This document shows, one piece after another, positions 25,655 through 32,000 of a stretch of DNA of 32,000 nucleotides. Below the pieces are notes generated by a model. It had not been told where the DNA came from. It saw only the letters and a list, made by a program, of their open reading frames with translations, and made no database searches. Within the stretch, counting starts at the first letter, position 1. Every line of letters begins with the position of its first letter. This stretch comes from Nitratidesulfovibrio vulgaris str. Hildenborough (GTDB lineage Bacteria > Desulfobacterota > Desulfovibrionia > Desulfovibrionales > Desulfovibrionaceae): assembly GCF_000195755.1 (NCBI RefSeq), contig NC_002937.3, positions 1,140,001 to 1,172,000 of the forward strand, written 5' to 3'. The position numbers and the translations under genes were made by a program.

Positions 25655-25947
25655 GTGACAGGACGCTGGCAGCGAACCTCATGCCCGCACGCACGCGGGC
25701 GGCCCGCCCGACGGGGCGGTTCGGGGCAGGCTGCTTGCGTGGCGTCGCCTGCTGGCGACGCCCGACCCGCCTGATCGTGGCGGGTGCGAGTCCGGCCCGA
25801 CCGGATACCGGGGCTCCCCTCGACGTCTGCCGGGTGCAGATGTGACGGGATGCCCTTATACGTGTCAGGTGCGGTTTCGCATGGCAGCCGGAAGCGCAGC
25901 CTCCGGGTCGTTCCGGCAACTTAAGACAGCATCTACGGGAACACGAC

Positions 25948-27876
25948 ATGCCCCTGAACCAGACCCAGAAGATCATCAAGGCCCATCTCGTGCACGGCGA
26001 CATGGCACCCGGTGCCCCCATTGCCCTGCGCATCGACCAGACCCTCACGCAGGACGCCACGGGGACCATGGCGTACCTTCAGTTCGAGGCCATGGGGGTG
26101 GACAGGGTGCGCACCGACCTTTCGGTGAGCTACGTCGATCACAACACCCTGCAGATGGGCTTCCGCAATGCGGACGACCATCGCTTTCTGCGCACAGTGG
26201 CGGCCCGGCACGGCATCGTCTTCTCCGCCCCCGGCAACGGCATCTGTCACCAGTTGCATCTCGAGAACTTCGGCCGTCCCGGCGCGACCCTTGTCGGTTC
26301 CGACAGCCATACGCCCACAGCCGGTGGCATCGGCGCCCTAGCCATGGGTGCCGGTGGCCTTTCCGTCGCTCTCTCCATGGCGGGCGAGCCCTACACCATC
26401 ACCATGCCCAAGGTCGTCAACGTTCGGCTTGAAGGCCGCCTGACGGGATGGGCCGCCGCCAAGGACGTGATCCTGCATCTGCTTGGTCTGCTCACCGTCA
26501 AGGGTGGCGTGGGGCGCGTGTTCGAATACACCGGCCCCGGTGTGGCGACCCTCAGCGTCCCCGAACGGGCGACCATCACCAACATGGGGGCTGAACTGGG
26601 AGCCACGACATCCATCTTCCCCAGCGATGAAAGCACCCGCGCCTTCCTCGCGGCCATGGGGCGCGAGGCCGACTGGCAGCCGCTCGCCGCCGACGCCGGT
26701 GCCGTCTACGACGAGGAGGTCGTCATCGACCTCTCGCAACTGGAGCCTCTGGTCGCCACGCCGCACATGCCCGACAGGGTCGTCACCGTGGCATCGCTGG
26801 CGGGGCTCAAGGTCGATCAGGTGGCCATAGGTTCCTGCACCAACTCGTCCTATGCCGACCTCAAGAGCGTAGCGCAGGTCGTCGCCGGACGGCGCGTCGA
26901 CTCCACCACCGACTGCATGATCTCGCCCGGCTCCAAGCAGGTGCTGCGGATGCTCGCCACCGAAGGCTTGCTCGAACCCCTGCTCGACGCCGGTATCCGC
27001 ATGCTGGAGTGCACCTGCGGTCCCTGTATCGGCATGGGCGGTTCGCCGGTATCCGGGGGCGTGAGCGTACGTACCTTCAACCGCAATTTCGAAGGGCGCA
27101 GCGGCACCAAGGATGCAGGCGTGTACCTAGCCAGCCCCCTCACGGCGGCGATGGTGGCCCTGCATGGCGGGTTCACCGACCCCGCCACATGGGGAGAAGC
27201 CCCGGCGGTGCCCGAACTTCCCGCCGATGTGCCCTCCATCCGGCATCTCTTCGTCTTTCCCCCGGAGGACGGTTCGCAGGTCGAGGTGCAGCGCGGCCCC
27301 AACATCGTGGCCCTGCAAACCTTTGAGGGGCTGCCCGACAGGCTTGACGCCGAAGTGGTCATCAGGCTTGGGGATGACATCACCACCGACCACATCATGC
27401 CTGCCGGTGCGGAGATAACGGCCCTGCGGTCCAATGTGCCTGCCATCTCGCGCCATGTCTTCGGACGTGTGGATGCGGACTTCGTGAAGCGCGCCGAAGC
27501 GGCGGCCAACGGCGTCATCGTCGCCGGAGAGAACTACGGGCAGGGCTCCAGCCGCGAACACGCGGCCCTCGCCCCCCGTCATCTCGGCATCAGGGCTGTC
27601 ATCGCCAAGTCGCTTGCCCGCATCCATCGCGCCAATCTCGTGAACTTCGGTATTCTCCCGCTCATCCTCGTGGACAAGGGGGATTATGAACGCCTTGAGC
27701 AGGGCGGCAACGTGACCATTCCCGTTGCGGACATCATCGCCGGAGGCGAATGCGCGGTTGCGCTGGCAGACGGCGGTTCCGTCCGTGTCCGGAACGATTT
27801 GACGGTGGACGAATTGGAGATTATTCGAGCGGGCGGACTCCTCAACTACGTCCGCAATGCGAGAACGCGCGGCTAG
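25948..27876 (+). CDS. Aconitate hydratase (about 640-aa single-chain form)
   Basis: Fe-S and substrate motifs VGSDSHTPTAGG, IGSCTNSS, CGPCIGMGG and NRNFEGRSG. The swivel domain carries GENYGQGSSREHAA. Confidence 0.93.
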   Translation: MPLNQTQKIIKAHLVHGDMAPGAPIALRIDQTLTQDATGTMAYLQFEAMGVDRVRTDLSVSYVDHNTLQMGFRNADDHRFLRTVAARHGIVFSAPGNGICHQLHLENFGRPGATLVGSDSHTPTAGGIGALAMGAGGLSVALSMAGEPYTITMPKVVNVRLEGRLTGWAAAKDVILHLLGLLTVKGGVGRVFEYTGPGVATLSVPERATITNMGAELGATTSIFPSDESTRAFLAAMGREADWQPLAADAGAVYDEEVVIDLSQLEPLVATPHMPDRVVTVASLAGLKVDQVAIGSCTNSSYADLKSVAQVVAGRRVDSTTDCMISPGSKQVLRMLATEGLLEPLLDAGIRMLECTCGPCIGMGGSPVSGGVSVRTFNRNFEGRSGTKDAGVYLASPLTAAMVALHGGFTDPATWGEAPAVPELPADVPSIRHLFVFPPEDGSQVEVQRGPNIVALQTFEGLPDRLDAEVVIRLGDDITTDHIMPAGAEITALRSNVPAISRHVFGRVDADFVKRAEAAANGVIVAGENYGQGSSREHAALAPRHLGIRAVIAKSLARIHRANLVNFGILPLILVDKGDYERLEQGGNVTIPVADIIAGGECAVALADGGSVRVRNDLTVDELEIIRAGGLLNYVRNARTRG

Positions 27877-27903
27877 ACGCCGCGATCATCATCAGGAGAA
27901 ACT

Positions 27904-29793
27904 ATGCTCGACGTCATACGTGGGCACGCCCAGTCTTGGGGCGTCAAGGTCGCCTTCGGCCTCATCATTGTCGTCTTCGTGTTCTGGGGCGTCGGCTCCA
28001 TGCAGGAAGGCCCGACATCGGTCGTAGCCACGGTGAACAAGAAGCCCATCGTCATTCGCGACTTCATTCGTGAGTATGAGCGTCAGGTCGAATCGCTGCG
28101 TACCCGGTTCCCGGGTGTGACCGCGGATGAGCTCAAGAAACTGGGGCTCAAGCGGCAGGTGCTACAGCAGATGGTTGCCGAGACGCTCATGCAGCAAGAG
28201 GCCGAACGCCTTGGCATAACCGTGACGCCGTATGAGCTGCGTGCCGCCATCGACCAGATTCCGGCCTTCCGCGACGCGTCGGGCAAGTTCGACCCCGAGA
28301 CGTACAAGAAGGTGCTCAAGGCACAGCAGACCGTCCCCGGTCGCTTCGAGGAAGGGGTGCGCAAAGACATGCTGGGCCGCAAGATGCGTGCGCTTGTCAC
28401 CGCCGGTGCGGTCGTCACCGATGCCGAGGCGCGTGACATGTTCACCTACGCGCAGGAAAAGCGCAGCATTGACTACGTCCTCTTCCCGCTCGACGAATAC
28501 GCTGCGGCAGCCAGCATCGAAGATGCCGCACTGCAGGCGTGGTACGACAGCAACAAGGCCCGGTTCACCGAACCGCAGAAGGTGCGCCTCGATTTCGTGC
28601 GCATCTCGGCCGAGTCGCTTGCCGCTGGCATCGACATCCCCGAAACGGCCATTGCGGCGTTCTACGCCGAGAACGCGGCGAGCTACTTCATGCAGCCCGA
28701 ACGGGTGCGTGCCCGTCACATCCTCGTGCGTGTGCCTGAAGGTGCCGACGAGGCCACCGTACGGAAGGCCGAAGAGCGCATCGCAGACGCTGCGGCGCAG
28801 ATCAAGGCCGGAAAGGACTTCGCCGCCGTGGCGGCCAAGGTCTCCGAGGACGGCAGCGCGCGCAACGGTGGCGAGCTTGGCTGGTTCGGTCGTGGCGAGA
28901 TGGTGAAGCCCTTCGAGGACGCCGCGTTCGGTCTCAAGCCGGGCGAGGTCTCCGCGCCGGTGCGTTCGCAGTTCGGCTTCCATCTCATCAAGTCCGAAGG
29001 GCATGAGGCGCAGCGCCAGAAGGCCCTCGACGAGGTGCGCAACGAGATACGCAAGCGTCTGGCCGAAGAGAAGGCCATCGAGAAGGTGCACGACTCCCTC
29101 GACAACGCGCTTGAACTGGTGAGCGCAGGCAAGTCGGTGGACGAGATCGCTGCACAGCTGAAGCTGGAGCGTCAGACCTCCGAACCGCTGACCCGCGAAA
29201 GCGCGTCCGCCACGCTGGGGCTCAAGCCCGCCGACGTCACGCTGGCCTTCTCCGCACCTGCGGGGACGGTCATCGACACGCCCCTCGAGGCCGAAGGCGG
29301 TTACATCATCGCCCGTGTCGCCGAGGTCGCCCCCGAGCGCATTCCCGGTTTCGACGAGGTGCGTGACAAGGTCGTCGTCGCCGTGCGCGAAGACGAAGGC
29401 GCCAGACTGGCGCTCAAGGCCGCGGACGAGGCGCTTGCCGGGGTCAGGGACGGGCAGTTGCCCGGTGCGCTGGCCTCGCGGGTGAAGACCTCGCCGCTCT
29501 TCGGGCGCGACGGCAACATCCCCGGTCTGGGTGTCGACCCCGCTCTTGCCGCCGCGGCGTTCTCCGCGGAGAAGGGCGTATGGAGCGACAAGGCGCATGC
29601 TACTCCGCAGGGCGTTGTCGTGCTGCGCGTGCATGAGGTCGTGCGGCCCACCGACGCACAGTGGCAGGCCGTGGCCTCCACCGTGAAGGAGACCATCCTT
29701 GCCGCCAAGCGTGAAGAGATGTTCCGCGCCTTCCTCACCACTCTCCATGCGAAGGGCAAGGTCGAGGTGAAGGACGCCTCGGTGCTCGAATAG
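27904..29793 (+). CDS. ppiD: Periplasmic chaperone / peptidyl-prolyl isomerase PpiD-like
   Basis: N-terminal anchor [15 protein letters not shown], a SurA-N-like domain, and a parvulin domain ARHILV...[21 protein letters not shown]...FGFHLIK. AGGAGA lies upstream of the ATG. Confidence 0.85.
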   Translation: MLDVIRGHAQSWGVKVAFGLIIVVFVFWGVGSMQEGPTSVVATVNKKPIVIRDFIREYERQVESLRTRFPGVTADELKKLGLKRQVLQQMVAETLMQQEAERLGITVTPYELRAAIDQIPAFRDASGKFDPETYKKVLKAQQTVPGRFEEGVRKDMLGRKMRALVTAGAVVTDAEARDMFTYAQEKRSIDYVLFPLDEYAAAASIEDAALQAWYDSNKARFTEPQKVRLDFVRISAESLAAGIDIPETAIAAFYAENAASYFMQPERVRARHILVRVPEGADEATVRKAEERIADAAAQIKAGKDFAAVAAKVSEDGSARNGGELGWFGRGEMVKPFEDAAFGLKPGEVSAPVRSQFGFHLIKSEGHEAQRQKALDEVRNEIRKRLAEEKAIEKVHDSLDNALELVSAGKSVDEIAAQLKLERQTSEPLTRESASATLGLKPADVTLAFSAPAGTVIDTPLEAEGGYIIARVAEVAPERIPGFDEVRDKVVVAVREDEGARLALKAADEALAGVRDGQLPGALASRVKTSPLFGRDGNIPGLGVDPALAAAAFSAEKGVWSDKAHATPQGVVVLRVHEVVRPTDAQWQAVASTVKETILAAKREEMFRAFLTTLHAKGKVEVKDASVLE

Positions 29794-29843
29794 CCGGACG
29801 CATTCGCCGTGCCCCGTTGCAACGGGGTGACTGAAAGTACAGG

Positions 29844-29887
29844 GGAAGCCCGATGCGCCAGCGCGTCGGGCTTCCTTGCTTTCTTGC
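29844..29887 (+). terminator. Intrinsic terminator after ppiD
   Basis: GGAAGCCCGA, a 12-nt loop, then TCGGGCTTCC, followed by TTGCTTTCTTGC. A second palindrome, CCCCGTTGCAACGGGG, lies at 29812-29827. Confidence 0.65.
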
Positions 29888-30058
29888 ATAGGCAGGGCTG
29901 GCCGGAAAACACGAGCAGATGGTCTTGGTACCACGTCTGGCCCTGGGCTTTGCGAGCCTGCCATCGCCCCCGAGATGTAAGGGGCGAGCACTACTAAACC
30001 GCAGGGCGGCCTTGTCTCTGAAGCCCTGTACCGTTTCTGGATGGGCAGGCCTCACCGT

Positions 30059-30090
30059 CCGCGTGTGCCGCGTGTACCGCGTGTGCCGCG
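30059..30090. repeat. 9-bp tandem repeat, 3.5 copies
   Basis: CCGCGTGTG CCGCGTGTA CCGCGTGTG CCGCG, about 125 bp upstream of the gpt start. Confidence 0.9.
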
Positions 30091-30212
30091 AATGATGTTT
30101 CTTGGATGAGCGGTGGTGCAACGGAACCTCCTTGACAACAGACGCAGGGCAGGGCAAGGGAGGGCCACACATCATCCGGCCATCCGTTTCCCAACACTTC
30201 CCGGAGGAGAGC

Positions 30213-30704
30213 GTGAGCACCGCCGACCGCTATCGCAAGGTCTTTCCCGTCACCTGGGAGCAATTGCACCGCGACGCCAAAGCGCTTTCATGGCGCTTGC
30301 TGGAAAAGGGCCCGTACAAGGGCATCATCGCCATCGCCCGGGGCGGCCTGGTGCCCGCTGCTGTCATCGCCCGTGAACTCGACATCCACCTTGTCGAGAC
30401 CATCTGCATCTCAAGCTACCAGTGGCAGGAACAGACGAGCAGTCACAAGGTGCTGAAGACCGTCGAGGGGCGCGGCGAAGGCTGGCTCATCATCGACGAC
30501 CTCGCCGACACCGGAGGCACCGCCCGCCTTGTGCGGGAGATGCTCCCCGAAGCGCACTTCGCCACTGTCTACGCCAAGCCCGCTGGCCGCCCTCTCGTGG
30601 ATACGTTCATCACCGAAGTCAGTCAGGATACGTGGATACTCTTCCCGTGGGACTCCGAGGTGCAGTACGTGGTGCCTCTTGTCAATCAGCCGCAACAAAG
30701 CTAG
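30213..30704 (+). CDS. gpt: Xanthine-guanine phosphoribosyltransferase
   Basis: VSTADRYRKVFPVTWEQLHRDAKALSWRL...GIIAIARGGLVPAAVIAREL...IIDDLADTGGTA...YAKPAGRPLVD is collinear with E. coli Gpt. GTG 30213 is preceded by GGAGGAGA. The track start 30102 adds 37 non-homologous residues. Confidence 0.9.
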   Translation: MSTADRYRKVFPVTWEQLHRDAKALSWRLLEKGPYKGIIAIARGGLVPAAVIARELDIHLVETICISSYQWQEQTSSHKVLKTVEGRGEGWLIIDDLADTGGTARLVREMLPEAHFATVYAKPAGRPLVDTFITEVSQDTWILFPWDSEVQYVVPLVNQPQQS

Positions 30705-30789
30705 ATTCCAAGGTTTCCGAGCGATGCGAGCAGGGGGGCGGAGTTGCCCTGTCCCTGCCAAGCAAACCACCAACGCAGGGAGGAGCGCG

Positions 30790-31938
30790 ATGCGCCGCAT
30801 TATCGTTCTGCTTGCCGCCATGCTTGTCCTTTCCGGGCTTGCCGGATGCGGCGATGACAAGAAACCCGCACAGGAGGCCCCCAAGCAGGAGGCTCCCAAG
30901 CAGGAGGCCAAGGTCGAACAGCCTGCGGCCAAGGCGGGTGAAGACAAGAAGCTCCAGATCGGCCTCGTCTACATCTCCCCCGTGGGAGACGCCGGCTGGT
31001 CGTATTCCCATGATCAGGGCCGCAAGGCGCTTGAAGAGGCGGGTGGCGTCACCACGTCGTACGTCGAATCCGTGCCCGAAGGTCCCGACTCCGAACGAGT
31101 CATCCTGAACATGGCACGCAAGGGCTACGACATCATCTTCACCACCAGCTTCGGCTACATGGACCCCACCATCAAGGTGGCCAGCCAGTACCCCGACATC
31201 ACCTTCCTGCATTGCTCCGGCTACAAGACCGCGCCCAACGTCAGCAACTATTTCGGGCGCATGTATCAGGCCCGCTACCTGACCGGCATGGTTGCCGGGG
31301 CCATGACCAAGAACAACATCCTCGGCTATGTGGGCGCGTTCCCCATCCCCGAGGTCATCCGCGGCATCAATGCCTTCACGCTGGGCGCACGCGCCGTCAA
31401 TCCCAATGCGCAGGTGCGCGTGGTGTGGACAAAGACGTGGTACGACCCTGCGACCGAAAAGGAAGCCGCGAAGAGCCTGCTTGACGTCGGTGCCGACGTC
31501 ATCGCCCAGCATCAGGACTCTCCCGGCCCGCAAGAGGCCGCACAGGAACGCGGCGTGTACTCCGTCGGTTACCATACCGACATGAGCGCGTTCGCCCCCA
31601 AGGCCCACCTCACTTCCGCCGTCTGGAACTGGAAGGACTTCTATCTTGATGTCGTGAAGCAGGTTCGTGCCGGCACGTGGAAGTCCGGTTCGTACTGGCC
31701 CGGTATCGAGTCCGGGGTCGTCGACATCGCCCCCTACGGTGAGATGGTGCCGCAGGACGTGCGTGCCCGTGTCGACGCCGCCAAGGCGGACATCAAGTCC
31801 GGCAAGCTCAAGGTGTTCACCGGGCCGGTCAAGGACCAGAAGGGCGCAGTGCGCGTCGCCGAGGGCGCCGTGCCCACCGACCAGGACCTGCTTGGCATGA
31901 CCTGGTTCGTCGAAGGCGTCATCGGTACCACCGAGTAG
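30790..31938 (+). CDS. BMP-family (PnrA-like) ABC transporter substrate-binding lipoprotein, probably purine nucleoside
   Basis: Lipobox MRRIIVLLAAMLVLSGLAG|C, a repeat-containing linker, then KLQIGLVYISPVGDAGWSYSHDQG... GGGAGGAG lies upstream of ATG 30790. Confidence 0.9.
   Translation: MRRIIVLLAAMLVLSGLAGCGDDKKPAQEAPKQEAPKQEAKVEQPAAKAGEDKKLQIGLVYISPVGDAGWSYSHDQGRKALEEAGGVTTSYVESVPEGPDSERVILNMARKGYDIIFTTSFGYMDPTIKVASQYPDITFLHCSGYKTAPNVSNYFGRMYQARYLTGMVAGAMTKNNILGYVGAFPIPEVIRGINAFTLGARAVNPNAQVRVVWTKTWYDPATEKEAAKSLLDVGADVIAQHQDSPGPQEAAQERGVYSVGYHTDMSAFAPKAHLTSAVWNWKDFYLDVVKQVRAGTWKSGSYWPGIESGVVDIAPYGEMVPQDVRARVDAAKADIKSGKLKVFTGPVKDQKGAVRVAEGAVPTDQDLLGMTWFVEGVIGTTE
30871..30912 (+). repeat. 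In-frame 15-bp tandem repeat in the lipoprotein linker
   Basis: CAGGAGGCCCCCAAG CAGGAGGCTCCCAAG CAGGAGGCCAAG encodes QEAPK QEAPK QEAK. Confidence 0.85.
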
Positions 31939-32000
31939 TCGTAACATCTGGAGATTCCGGTACATGCTCGGATACCGTGTCGTGAAACGACAGGAGCCCC

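Noticed and set aside
25597-25845. 82-aa ORF in the EBP-aconitase spacer, and the 196-aa ORF 25842..26432.
   Set aside because: The translations are Arg/Pro/Gly-rich. The first coincides with the hairpin train. The second is out of frame within aconitase.
29888-30212. Purine, ZTP or preQ1-type riboswitch in the long gpt upstream region.
   Set aside because: No recognisable conserved cores by eye, and the region is GC-rich with only generic hairpins. Rejected provisionally; an Rfam scan would settle it.
31974-32000. Possible start (ATG 31974) of the next gene, presumably the ABC ATPase of the BMP transporter.
   Set aside because: Only 9 codons are visible (MLGYRVVKR...) and no motif can be checked.
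1-32000. Search for tRNA/rRNA genes, CRISPR arrays, IS elements or integrases, prophage or defence genes, and compositional islands.
   Set aside because: I found no T-loop (GGTTCGA-type) context outside coding sequence. There are no spaced direct-repeat arrays, no transposase or recombinase-like ORFs and no terminal inverted repeats. The only AT-rich patches are the two regulatory regions at 8210-8350 and 19650-19680.

Overview
High-GC chromosomal core segment of a Desulfovibrio-type sulfate reducer. Gene content and order match my memory of the D. vulgaris Hildenborough DVU1037-DVU1067 region, which I cannot verify without a search. I support 30 protein-coding genes and found no tRNA, rRNA, CRISPR array, IS element, integrase or phage gene. 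Layout: (1) a 5'-truncated MerA/Lpd-like flavoprotein disulfide reductase (+). (2) A long minus-strand gene string guaB-guaA-tatB-tatC-hisB-lipoprotein-hisA, with one good sigma70 promoter and one bidirectional terminator visible. (3) A minus-strand System I cytochrome c maturation operon ccmE-F-A-B-C-D plus a TPR protein; it has no ccmG or ccmH, and CcmE carries CxxxY in place of HxxxY. (4) A CNNM/CBS transporter. (5) LPS-core genes gmhB and a GT9 heptosyltransferase (+). (6) A minus-strand string larB, GT4, GT4, CobD-like PLP enzyme, then a 219-bp gap with a NikR-type palindrome, then an ECF metal importer cbiM-cbiQ-cbiO. The importer has no N/K/L component, and its ATPase ends in a 16-His/3-Cys tail. 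(7) A divergent sigma54 enhancer-binding protein whose receiver domain has lost all phospho-acceptor residues; a strong -24/-12 element sits in the shared intergenic region. (8) Aconitase, ppiD, gpt and a BMP-family lipoprotein (+). Translational coupling by overlapping stop/start codons (ATGA, TGATG, GTGA) is pervasive. I do not see an obvious novel defence or mobile system; this is housekeeping and envelope DNA. The best candidate for something undescribed is the nickel-linked module in (6) and (7). Secondary oddities: an acidic open stretch and a one-G frame problem in front of tatC, a perfect palindrome in the guaB leader, two long structured non-coding spacers, and a 9-bp tandem repeat upstream of gpt. 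The many long antisense ORFs in the track are high-GC shadow ORFs.
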